Assembly: GCA_964016885.1 (NCBI GenBank) | Contig: OZ024741.1 | Span: 357,616,001-357,680,000 of the forward strand | Source: Eledone cirrhosa | Taxonomy: Eukaryota | Direction of reading: 5' to 3' | DNA length: 64,000 nt | Shown: in pieces, positions 24,287 through 38,680 of the stretch | Layout of the letters: the number at the start of each line of letters is the position of its first letter | How positions within the stretch are numbered: the first letter of the stretch is position 1 | Program-made: the position numbers and the translations under genes | The notes under the pieces: model-generated | Databases searched by the model: none | What the model saw: the letters and a program-made list of their open reading frames with translations, nothing else | What the model was told of the DNA's origin: nothing

Positions 24287-26467
24287 TCATTATCATCTTT
24301 ATTTAACGTCCATCTTCCACACTAGCATGGGTTAGACGGGAGTTGTCCCACTTGAGGCAAGGTTGGTCGGGTGACCGTGTCTCGCTCATATAGGACTATC
24401 TGGCAGGTTTTCTATGGCTGGATGCCCTTCCTAACACCAACCACATTTACAGTGTGGAACTGGGTCCTCTTTACCGTGTTACCTACACGACCACATTACA
24501 GCGTGGTCTGTGTGTTTTTTTTTGTCGTGACACCTACACGATCTCGATCTCATTATCTCATTTATTTGGACTGGATGTTGTGGTACCAACTTTACAGAGA
24601 GAGGGTGGTGTTAGTGGGAGGTTGGGGTAGTGGATTGAGGTGTATATTTGGTTAAGAGGTGCCTACTGACTGTAGGTTTCACTTTGTACATAGGCAAGGC
24701 GGGTCTTCTGTATGACTGCGTAACGCCAAAGATCTCGGTCCAGTGACATTGTCTTAGAGAGGTCAAGTGTGTAAGGTCGGAATTTATCAAATCGTCCCAG
24801 GTTTTTCTGAGTCTACCTACTCCGTAACTACCATCAATTTTGATCGCCCTGCACTTTTTTATACAGTGTCGTCTTTCATGCGCATCACGTAGCCATAACA
24901 ACGTAGTCTTCTTTCAAGTAAACAGCATCTGATCCCTCTTATTCCTAATTTCTCACTTAGTTCATTTATGCTTTGCCATTCACGTATATTACTATTACAC
25001 ATCCAACGGAACATGCATGCTTCGTTTCTATCCAGTCTGCGCAGGTCCTCTGCACGCAATGCCCATCCATGTCTCACTGCCATGTAACATTGTTGTTCGT
25101 ATGCAGGCATCATACAGTCTGACTTTCATTTTTAGAGAGAAACCTTTTGTGGCCAACAGTGGTATAAGCCCTCTGAACTTTTTCCATCCCGTTCTGACTC
25201 TGGCTACTGTACTTTCAGAGCACCCTCCACCACTGCTGATTTTGTCACCCAGGTAACGGAAAGTGTCCACTATTGCTATAGAACCATCTGGGCAATAGAA
25301 GGAGCTAGTATCCTGTGGGCACTTGCTACTTATTGCACCTGAGCATCGGCCACATATAAAGTCTATGTTCTTAGATAGTTTACCTGTGATCCCACTACAT
25401 CTTTTATGTACCCATAGTTTATATTTGGGACATAAAATGGAATTTCTGCCTACTCCTTTCCTACACACTGAGCATGGCCATTTCTCTGAGGCCACCTATG
25501 CCCTATTTTCCTATCTACAAACTAGCACTTTAGTCTTAGACAAGTTAACTTGAAGGCCTTTTGATTCTAGGCCATTCTTCCATGTTTGGAATTTCTTCTC
25601 TAGTTCAGCCATAGATTCAGCTATGAGAGTTAGATCATCTGCGTTCCCATGGGCAGCCGGTCTTAAACTCCTCTGTTATAGCCTGAAAGGCAATAATAAA
25701 TAGAAGGGGGCTAAGGACAGAGCCTTGATGAACACCAACTTTTACACTAAATTCTTCACAATATTCATTGTTAATTCTAACCTTACTGACTGTTTCTTTA
25801 TACATGGCTTGTATAGCTCTCACAAGCCATTCATCTACACCTAGTTTTCTAAGAGTCCACCAGATAATGGAGCGGGGGACTCTCTCAAAAGCTTTCTCCA
25901 GGTCTACAAAAGCTAGTAGAGGGGTTTACTTTTACCTAGGTACTTCTCTTGTAGTTGTCGTACAAGGAAAAGAGCGTCTGTTACCTGACACAAACCCAAA
26001 CTGCATTTCATCTAGATCAATTCGCTCTCTGATTAGTTGCGCTATAACTCTTTCTGTGACCTTCATGACCTGATCAACTAACTTAATGCCTCTATAGTTT
26101 CCCCTATCTAGAGCATCCCCTTTACCCTTGTAGCGGTTAATGATGATGCTGCTGCTACGTCAGTCTTTTGGTATGACCCCATTCTGTATTACTTGGTTAA
26201 CTATACGGGTGACCATAGTATGTCCCACCTTTCCAGATGCCTTCAACATCTCAGCAACTATATCCGAAGGCCCAGCTGCCTTGCCTGTCTTCATATCTTT
26301 GATTACCTTACTTATTATACTACCTTTAACTTGCACCGCTGGTCCTTCTATTTGGAGCAGATTATCTGTTTCTCATTTATTCTCCTCATTTAATAGTCTT
26401 TCAGTATCAGTGAGGGCAAGTACACCGTTATCATTACGGACACACTTCTCCTCGACAATATCACAGT
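24287..26467 (-). mobile_element. PHD-containing RTE LINE, copy A, 5'-truncated and frameshifted
   Basis: Colinear with 31345-33381; DIVEEKCVRND.., [46 protein letters not shown]; an 8-bp deletion at ~25643 removes the Y of YADD. Confidence 0.93.
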
Positions 26468-26479
26468 TTTATATATATA

Positions 26480-27322
26480 TAGGGTGCGGACGATATTTGT
26501 TCGCAAGATTACTGTCTAGGAAAAAATAACAGTTTTATTTTTTAAGGTATATTTATCAAACTTGGGTCAGTTTGTCTTCATGACTTGTTCTTTCGATCTC
26601 ACTCAATTAACCCACCATTGGCTTTGATGACAGCCTCAAGGCGGCCTCGGAACCGGCTACAGGCCTTCGTCACTGTCTCCTGACATAGGCCCCTAAAGGC
26701 ACTTGTGATCCTGGCCTTCAGATCGTCTTTCGTATTGCAGCTAGATCTGTTGGTGTCTCATTCCACTGCGCCCCACACAAAGAAGTCGAGGGGGGTTGCA
26801 GTCAGGCGAGCTGGGAGGCCAGATGTCAGGTGAAGTGTGATCGACGAAGTTCTCTGACAGCCAGGCTTGGGTCTTTCGGCTGGTATGGCAGGGCACTGAG
26901 TCTTGCTGCCACACGTACGGCCTACCTGCAGCTACCTGGTCGATCCAGGGCTTTACTACCTCGCTCAGAACGCGGATGTAGCCATCGGTGTTCAGCTTGA
27001 GGCCCTCAGGGAAGAAAGTGAGGTGGCATGACGACACCTAAGACCAATGTTGTCGCTGGAAACTTTGTCTACATGACTCTGGGCACGTCTTTGGATGAGA
27101 CACCATTCTCCTGCCTACGCTGAGAAAGTCTGAAATTTCCTTATTTGTCCTCCCGGCGCGGATTCCAAGAAGAACTCCGTGTCTCTTCCACAAATTTGGA
27201 GGTTCAAAATTATTCATAATCAATTATTCTGAAAATAAATAATGGAAATATAGTCACTGTTTTTATGAAGACGAGTGACAACGGAAGTAAAAAAAATTTG
27301 CATATGAACAAATATCGTCCAC

Positions 27323-27328
<6 letters not shown>
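26480..27328 (-). mobile_element. Tc1/mariner superfamily DD37D (maT) transposon, internally deleted
   Basis: TIRs agggtg(c/t)ggacgatatttgttc at both ends, each in (TA)n; YVWQQD-x37-D (WPPSSPDCNP[L]D after correcting a +1 C at ~26790). Confidence 0.92.
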
Positions 27329-27370
<42 letters not shown>

Positions 27371-27374
<4 letters not shown>

Positions 27375-27906
27375 GACTAAACTGGCAGCCCTACCAAGGT
27401 TTCTTGGTGAGGAGGGTGACTTTGGACATCCTGCAGGACTAAAAATAAAACCTGTCAAAGGGCAAAGGAGCTCTTAAGAGTCAATGGCCATCCAAAATCA
27501 CCGGGAGAGATGACCCCTTAGCCTTTGTCAAGGCAGAATTCAAGAAGGAAAACTCTGATATAACACCTGCAACCCTGATGGTATCCAATGATGTTGACTT
27601 GTTCTTCTTTTTGGTAAATATCCTCTTGGTTAAGAGAGTGGGACTGGCTTTGTGCAGTGCCTTTGCTCACTATAAAAGCTTCACGGCACAGGCATTGCTT
27701 TGTATCTGGAGATCTCTCTGCACTTGTCATCACATGGTACCATGGGACCAGCACTGTGTCAATAATTGTCACAAGTGTAGTGTTTGTACCAGAGTTTTCA
27801 AGTCGCTGGCTGGACTAAAAAGTCACACTCGTTCAGCGCATCGGTAGGGGTTCTCCTACATGGATATAAAGTAGTGGCCGTACTCGAAAACGAGTTGGCA
27901 GCCACT
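27371..27906 (+). mobile_element. Bipartite non-autonomous RTE element (5'UTR-like part fused to C2H2-finger 3' end)
   Basis: Ends in HKCSVCTRVFKSLAGLKSHTRSAHR*, like the C-terminal finger of BovB-type RTEs, then short UTR and (TA)n; second copy at 36393-36574. Confidence 0.7.
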
Positions 27907-27974
27907 ATATATATATATATATATATATGTATCGATGATATAAATAAATGGAAACTATATTTATAAAACCATAT

Positions 27975-28036
27975 TTATTCTATTATATATATTTCGGGGG
28001 TACCAAAACTTTGGTACGCTCTCATCAGAAAAAATA
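27975..28036 (-). ncRNA. Minimal type I hammerhead ribozyme motif (Penelope pLTR-type)
   Basis: Minus strand: CTGATGA-G-agcGTACCAAA-gt-TTTGGTACccc-C-GAAA-TATATA-TA, followed by AATAAA; intact core, stem II base partly mispaired, stem I weak. Confidence 0.65.
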
Positions 28037-28194
28037 CAAAGCTTGTTTTATAAATATTGACATATCCAGGAATGAGACCTTAACGGGTGAAGTTTTACCT
28101 GGATAGTCATATATATGAAATCTGTTTCTCTGTGTTTTCTTTGTTGTAGTATCGAGTTCAATAATATACAAATATATATATATATATATATATA

Positions 28195-28470
28195 TGTAAA
28201 TGTGGTTGGTGTTAGGAAGGGCATCCAGCTGTAGAAAACCCGCCAGACAGTCCACGCTGTAATGTGGCCGTGTAGGCAACACGGTAAAAACCTCCCAGCC
28301 CCACACTGTAAATGTGGTTGGTGTTAGGAAGGGCATCCAACTGTAGAAAACCCGCCAGACAGTCCTATGCGAGCAAGACAACCACTCTTGCCTCAAGTGG
28401 GAAAACCCCCGTCCAAACCCATGCAAGCGTGGAACACGGACGCTAAACCTGATGATGATGATGATGATGA
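28195..28470 (+). mobile_element. 3' end of the PHD-RTE LINE / Ceph-like tail with partial internal duplication
   Basis: Nearly exact reverse complement of 31345-31560; (GAT)n tail; (TA)n flanks. Confidence 0.9.
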
Positions 28471-28553
28471 TATATATTATTATTCGCTTATATCTGACAG
28501 CCAGGTGAAGCGACTAATCTGGAACTTCGAAGTCACTATCACTTTTCTACTTC

Positions 28554-28641
<88 letters not shown>

Positions 28642-28949
28642 TGTGAGGGTGATGGAAAATTATTTTTCTTCTTTCATCTTTAATAAAAAATCTTATTTAT
28701 GTTTCTGAATTACCATACTAGTTATGAAAGTTATAAAATAAGAATTACTATTGTCTTGGGAAATTTCCCAAAACAATTCTTACTGCGTAAATCTTTATTG
28801 TCGTAGAGTGTAAAGATAAATTGGCTGCTTGGTTCATATGAGACTGCATCACACTTGATTTCACACTAGTTTTGGTGGAATCTCAACAGTATAGATTCTT
28901 TGTTATTTTATTAGATTCTGCCTCCTCCATCAGTCATTTCTCTCATAGC

Positions 28950-29190
28950 AATAGTCTACTACTGTTACTACTACTACTACCATAACTACAACCATCATCA
29001 CTGCTGCTACTACTGCTCATGCTACTACTACTATTACCACCATAACCACAACCATCACTACTACTATTACCACCATAACCACAACAACCACCACTACTGC
29101 TACTATTACCACCACAACCATCACTACTAATACTATAACCGCCACTACCGCTACTAGTCATTAGAAAAACCCACTATAACACCACCATTC
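28950..29190. repeat. (CTA/CCA)n trinucleotide low-complexity tract
   Basis: Degenerate triplet repeats. Confidence 0.85.
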
Positions 29191-29650
29191 ATTATTTATT
29201 GTATCGGAAAAGACATTGTTTATATTGGAAGATTGTTTATATCTAAAGATATTAGCTACTTTTATCTTCTATATTTTATGAAATTCCACCGATTCTCTCT
29301 CTAAACAGATAACAAATTTATCTATGTCTACATAGCCGTCTCTCTTCCCACACAGATTCCATTATCCTTATTGCCAGCGCTTCCTTTTTTTTTTCCTTCT
29401 TTGGTCATTTAAATTTCTTTTAAAATAAATTGAGCTTTATTAGTTACAATTTATTTATATATATATATTTATATATATAAATATATATATAAACACACAC
29501 GCGCGCACACACGATCATCATTACATCCACCTTATCATGCTTTCATGGCTTGGAAAGAATAGCTAATATCATCATCGTCATCATTGTTTAATGTCTACTT
29601 TCTCTGCTAGCATGGGTTGATGTGTGTGTGCAAATGTGTATGCGTGTGTG

Positions 29651-29816
29651 TCATCATCATCATCATCATCATCATCACCATAATCGTGTAACGTCCATCT
29701 TCCACGCTTGCATGGGTTTGGACGGAAATTTTCCCACTTGAGGCAAGTTTGGTTGTCTTGCTCGTATAGGACTGTCTGGCGGGTTTTCTACGGCTGGATG
29801 CCCTTCCTAACACCAA
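29651..29816 (-). mobile_element. Short 3' end of the RTE/Ceph-like tail
   Basis: (CAT)n then ttccacgcttgcatgggtttggacgg...gcccttcctaacaccaa. Confidence 0.85.
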
Positions 29817-30026
29817 GTGTATGTATATATATATATACATATATACATATACACGTTTATATGTTTATATATGTTTATATATGTATGTGTATATGTGTGT
29901 ATGTATATGTGTATATGTATGTATATGTATGTATATGTATGTGTATGTATATGTATGTATATATGTATATATATATGTATATGTATGTATATATGTATGT
30001 ATGTATGTATATATATATATATATAT

Positions 30027-30293
30027 AATAATAATAATGATTTCTTTATTTAATAATAATAATAATAATAATAATGAAATTATTGTGTACAGTGCTCAGG
30101 TGCACTACAACTCGTCAAAGGTGCATGTACAGTACATAGGGCAATGCACAAACTCAGTAAAATGAACAGTGCACGAGTCATGATACACACGTGTGCATGT
30201 GTATGGAAGGGGTACATCAGGTGTAGTTTTGGCGTATTTCGGGAAGCATGAGTGTCTTAAAGGATGCAGTGTCTCGGCAGCTAACAATTGACG
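30027..30293 (-). mobile_element. CR1-type LINE 3' end with (ATT)n tail
   Basis: Minus translation ASIVSCRDTASFKTLMLPEIRQNYT*, 3'UTR, (AAT)n on plus strand. Confidence 0.65.
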
Positions 30294-30301
30294 CATGTAT
30301 G

Positions 30302-30335
<34 letters not shown>

Positions 30336-30374
30336 TGTATGTATGTATGTATGTATGTATGTATGTATGTATGT

Positions 30375-30588
30375 ATCATCATCAACGTTTAACGTCCGTG
30401 TTCCACGCTTGCATGGGTTTGGACGGGGGTAGTCCCACTTGAGGCAAGAGTGCTTGTCTTGCTCGCATAGGACTGTCTGGCAGGTTTTCTACAGTTGGAT
30501 GCCCTTCCTAACACCAACCACATTTACAGTGTGGGTCTGGGAGGTTTTTACCGTGTTGCCTACACGGCCACATTACAGCGTGGACTGT
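30375..30588 (-). mobile_element. Short 3' end of the RTE/Ceph-like tail
   Basis: Near-identical to 31345-31560. Confidence 0.88.
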
Positions 30589-30647
30589 ATATGTATATAT
30601 ATATGTATATGTATATGTATATGTATATATATATGTATATATATATG

Positions 30648-30680
<33 letters not shown>

Positions 30681-30713
30681 GTATATGTATATATATATAT
30701 GTATATATATATG

Positions 30714-30746
<33 letters not shown>

Positions 30747-31139
30747 GTATATGTATATATATATATGTATATATATATGTATATGTATATATATATATGT
30801 ATATATATATATGTATATATATATATGTATATATATATATGTATATATATATATGTATATATATATATGTATATATATATATGTATATATATATATGTAT
30901 ATATATATATGTATATATATATATGTATATATATATATGTATATGTGTATATGTATATGTGTATATATATATATGTATATATATATATGTATATATATAT
31001 GTGTATATATATATGTGTATATATATATGTGTATATATATATGTATATATATGTATATATGTATATGTATATATATATATACATATATGTATACATATGT
31101 ATATATATGTATATATGTATATATATATACATATATATA

Positions 31140-31170
<31 letters not shown>

Positions 31171-31344
31171 ATATATATGTATATATATATACATATATAT
31201 ATACATATATATATGTATATATATATGTATATATATATGTGTATATATATATGTGTATATATATATGTGTATATATATATGTATATATATATATGTATAT
31301 ATATGTATGTATATGTGTATATATATGTGTATATATATGTGTAT
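30589..31344. repeat. (TA)nTG microsatellite
   Basis: Direct. Confidence 0.97.
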
Positions 31345-33381
31345 ATCATCATCATCAGGTTTAGCGTCCGTGTTCCACGCTTGCATGGGTTTGGACGGGG
31401 GTTTTCCCACTTGAGGCAAGAGTGGTTGTCTTGCTCGCATAGGACTGTCTGGCGGGTTTTCTACAGTTGGATGCCCTTCCTAACACCAACCACATTTACA
31501 GTGTGGGGCTGGGAGGTTTTTACCGTGTTGCCTACACGGCCACATTTACAGCGTGGACTGTGTGTTTTTTGTCGTGACACCTACACGATCTCATTTGTTT
31601 CGGCCTGGATGTTGTGGGACCAACATAACTTTACATTGAAAGGGGCGGTGTGGGTGGGGTGGAGGTGGTGGGACGGGGTTGTGTTTTGATAGAGATGCCT
31701 ACTGACTGTAGTAGGTTTTTACTTTGTATTTAGGTAAGGCGGGTCTTCTCTATTACTGAGTACCGCCAAAGGTCTCGGTCCAGTGACATTGTCTTGGAGA
31801 GGTGTAAGCGTGTGAGGTCGGAATTTATCAGCTCGTGCCATGTTTTTCTGGGTCTGCCTACTCCGTGGCTACCGTCTATCTTTATTGCTCTGCACTTTGT
31901 TATACAGCTGTCGTCTTTCATGCGCATCACGTGACCGTACCAACGTAGCCTTCTCTCGAGTAAACAACATCTGATCCCTCTTATTTCTAATTTTTTCCTT
32001 AGTTCGTTTATGCTTTGCCGTTCACGTATATTACTATTGCACATCCAGCGGAGCATGCAAGCTTCGTTCCTCTCTAGTCTGCGTATATCCTCTGCACACA
32101 ATGCCCAGGTCTCACTGCCATGCAGCATTGCTGTTCGTATGCAGGCATCGTATAACCTGCCTTTCATTTTTAGGGAGAACCCTCTAGCGGCTAATAGTGG
32201 TATAAGCTCTCTGAACTTTTTCCATCCAGTTCTGACTCTAGCTACTGTACTTTCAGAGCACCCTCCCCCACTGCTGATTTTGTCACCCAGATAACGGAAG
32301 CTGTCCACTATTTCTATAGAACCCTCTGCGCAGTTGAAGGAGCTAGTATTTTGTGGGCACTTGCTGCTACTTATTGCACCAGAGCACCGGCCACATGTAA
32401 AATCTATGTTCTTAGTTAGCTTACCTGTGATCCCACTACATCTTTTATGCACCCATACTTTGCATTTGGGACATAAAATGGAGTTTCTACCTACGCCTTT
32501 CCTACACACTGAGCATGGCCATTTCCCAGATGGGACCGCCGCCTTATTTTCTTTCCTACAAACTAGAACTTTAGTCTTAGCCAGGTTAATTTTAAGGCCT
32601 TTTGATTCTAGGCCGTGCTTCCATGTTTGGAATTTCTTCTCTAGTTCGGTCATTGATTCAGCTATGAGCGTTAGATCATCTGCGTATAGGAGTTCCCATG
32701 GGCAGCCGGTCTTGAACTCCTCTGTTATAGCCTGAAGGGCAATAATAAATAGTAGGGGGCTAAGAACAGAGCCCTGATGGACACCAACTTTTACGCTAAA
32801 CTCTTCACTATATTCGTTGTTAATTCTAACCTTACTGACTGTTTCTTTATACATGGCTTGTATAGCTCTCACAAGCCATTCGTCAACACCTAGTTTTCTA
32901 AGAGACCACCAGATAATGGAACGGGGGACTCTGTCGAAGGCTTTCTCCAAGTCGACGAAAGCTAAGTATAGGGGTTTACTTTTAGCTAGGTACTTCTCCT
33001 GTAGTTGTCGTACAATGAAAAGAGCGTCTGTGGTACTTTTGCCTGACACAAACCCGAACTGCATTTCATCTAGATCAATTCTCTCTCTGATTAGTTGCGC
33101 TATTACTTTTTCCGTGACCTTCATGACCTGGTCGATTAATTTAATGCCTCTATAGTTACTCCTATCTAGGGCATCTCCTTTTCCCTTATAGCAGTTAACG
33201 ATGATGCTGCTACGCCATTCCTTCGGAACAACCCCATTCTGTACGACTTGGTTAACTATCCGGGTGACCATGGTGTGTCCCACCGAACCAGATGCCTTCA
33301 GCATCTCAGCAACTATTTCCGAAGGCCCAGCCGCCTTACCCGTCTTCATATCTTTGATTGCCTTACTTATTATACTACCTT
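31345..33381 (-). mobile_element. PHD-containing RTE LINE, copy B, 5'-truncated, young
   Basis: Uninterrupted RT ORF, ~385-bp 3'UTR, (GAT)n tail, both ends in (TA)n-type arrays; no endonuclease domain present. Confidence 0.95.
31730..33349 (-). CDS. Non-LTR reverse transcriptase (RTE clade) with internal C4HC3 PHD finger, 539 aa, N-terminally truncated
   Basis: [61 protein letters not shown]-x2-C-x10-C-x2-C-x4-H-x2-C-x14-C-x2-[28 protein letters not shown]. Confidence 0.95.
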   Translation of the reverse strand: MKTGKAAGPSEIVAEMLKASGSVGHTMVTRIVNQVVQNGVVPKEWRSSIIVNCYKGKGDALDRSNYRGIKLIDQVMKVTEKVIAQLIRERIDLDEMQFGFVSGKSTTDALFIVRQLQEKYLAKSKPLYLAFVDLEKAFDRVPRSIIWWSLRKLGVDEWLVRAIQAMYKETVSKVRINNEYSEEFSVKVGVHQGSVLSPLLFIIALQAITEEFKTGCPWELLYADDLTLIAESMTELEKKFQTWKHGLESKGLKINLAKTKVLVCRKENKAAVPSGKWPCSVCRKGVGRNSILCPKCKVWVHKRCSGITGKLTKNIDFTCGRCSGAISSSKCPQNTSSFNCAEGSIEIVDSFRYLGDKISSGGGCSESTVARVRTGWKKFRELIPLLAARGFSLKMKGRLYDACIRTAMLHGSETWALCAEDIRRLERNEACMLRWMCNSNIRERQSINELRKKLEIRGIRCCLLERRLRWYGHVMRMKDDSCITKCRAIKIDGSHGVGRPRKTWHELINSDLTRLHLSKTMSLDRDLWRYSVIEKTRLT

Positions 33382-36392
<3,011 letters not shown>

Positions 36393-36574
36393 GAGAGATG
36401 ACCCCTTAGCCTTTGTCAAGGCAGAATTCTAGGAGAAGAAAACTCTGATATAACACCTGCAACCCTGATGGTATCCAATGATGTTGACTTGTTCTTCTTT
36501 TTGGTAAATATCATCTTGGTTAAGAGAGTGGGACTGGCTTTGTGCAGTGCCTTTGCTCACTATAAAAGCTTCAC
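36393..36574 (+). mobile_element. Second, 5'-truncated copy of the bipartite RTE element, cut by the gap
   Basis: Nearly identical to ~27505-27684. Confidence 0.85.
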
Positions 36575-36774
36575 NNNNNNNNNNNNNNNNNNNNNNNNNN
36601 NNNNNNNNNNNNNNNNNNNNNNNNNNNNNNNNNNNNNNNNNNNNNNNNNNNNNNNNNNNNNNNNNNNNNNNNNNNNNNNNNNNNNNNNNNNNNNNNNNNN
36701 NNNNNNNNNNNNNNNNNNNNNNNNNNNNNNNNNNNNNNNNNNNNNNNNNNNNNNNNNNNNNNNNNNNNNNNNNN
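36575..36774. other. Assembly gap (200 N)
   Basis: N run. Confidence 0.99.
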
Positions 36775-36867
<93 letters not shown>

Positions 36868-37704
36868 AATATATATATTATATATATATATTTATATATA
36901 ATATATATATATATAATATATATATATTTATATATAAATATATATATAAATATATATATTTATATATATATAAATATATATATAAATATATATATTTATA
37001 TATATATTTATATATAAATATATATATATTATATATATATATTTATATATAAATATATATATAAATATATATATATAATATATATATTTATATATATATT
37101 TATATATATATATTATATATATAAATATATATATTTATATATATAATATATATATTTATATATATTATATATATAAATATATATATATATATAATATATA
37201 TATATATATTTATATATATAATATATATTATATATATAAATATATATATATATATTATATATATAAATATATATATATATTTATATATATTATATATATA
37301 TATAAATATATATATTATATATATATATATATATAATATATATATTATATATATAAAATATATATATTATATATATATATATATAAATATATATATTATA
37401 TATATATATATATATAATATATATATTATATATATAAATATATATATTATATATATATATATAAATATATATATTATATATATATATATATATAATATAT
37501 ATATTATATATATAAATATATATATTATATATATGTATATATATATAATATATATATTATATATATAAATATATATATTATATATATATATATATAAATA
37601 TATATATTATATATATATATATATATAATATATATATTATATATATAAATATATATATTATATATATATATATATAAACATATATATTATATATATATAT
37701 ATAT
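36775..37704. repeat. (TA)n microsatellite
   Basis: Direct. Confidence 0.97.
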
Positions 37705-38359
37705 GTGTAAAAGGTAAACAGAAATAAAAACACAATCGGTACAGTATATGGAAGGGATATATTAGGGTATATTCATATGTCTATAACACTTTAAAATGTC
37801 TATATATACACAAAATGCATTTCCTATCCCAATTATGTTGCTACAATAAATTTGCTTTCCAAGTACAAGATCCTAGATTTTAATCCTATGTTTATCTCTT
37901 ATAAATAGTTATTTCTCCAAAGTTACTTGTGTCATTTGTACATATATGCTGAACATTTATGTAATTATATCCTAGAAATATATTATTGAAATACCATGCT
38001 TATCTTTAATCACTTGCACATGTCAGTAATCAAGCATCACTATAGGGTAATTCTTCTGCAAAATTCCCAGTTTGTATGATTGTTCATATATCCGGTAATC
38101 CTCGGATATATGGCATACCAATCCTGGACTACAGAAACATTCATGCTTTTGCTGTCTTCATCCTTACGGGGTCGATAAAGTAAAGTACCAGTAATGTACT
38201 GGGTAATTGCTGGACTTGTGCCAAAAGTAGAAACAATTATTGATGGCACATCATTGTTTAACATCTACTTTGCCTGTCAGCAAGGGTTAGGCAGGTCTAT
38301 GTAGACCACCACTAGTGTATAAATAATATACATGTATTGTTTTGCTGTTGGTCGACATA

Positions 38360-38680
38360 GTATAGCTGAATGGTTAGGAGTTTGCTTCGCAGTCATTAGG
38401 CCCTGGGTTTCATCATACTGTGTAGCATCTTAGACATGTGTTATATACTATAGCATTGTGAGTGTACCACAGCCTTGTGAGTGAAACTGGATAGATAGAA
38501 ACTGTTCAGAAGCCTGTCAAATGGACTGAAGCTGTAATTCAAAAGGCTAACCTTGTCACAATGTGTCATGCTGAACCTCTCTTAGGGATTTACGTTAAAT
38601 GTAGACATATATGTCGAATGCTCAACATAATTGAACAACTGGAAGACGCATTGTCGAAACCTATGGAGGTTCATTTAACT
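38360..38680 (+). mobile_element. tRNA-derived SINE (third family, decayed)
   Basis: tagctgaatggttagg A box, gccttgtgagtgaaa..gatagatagaaactgt body; relatives at 3295-3660 and 13300-13600. Confidence 0.6.

Noticed and set aside
26461-26480. Shared cagttttatata at the 5' junctions of two LINE copies (also 53234) suggesting a common leader
   Set aside because: At 26467 it fits the LINE reading frame (NCDI); at 53234 it is better explained as the Helitron-like terminus.
28943-29161. Ser/Gly-rich 72-aa ORF resembling a structural protein
   Set aside because: Translation of a degenerate trinucleotide microsatellite; no splice signals.
32010-33155. Plus-strand ORFs antisense to the RT (also 25017-26529)
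   Set aside because: Shadow frames of the LINE coding strand.
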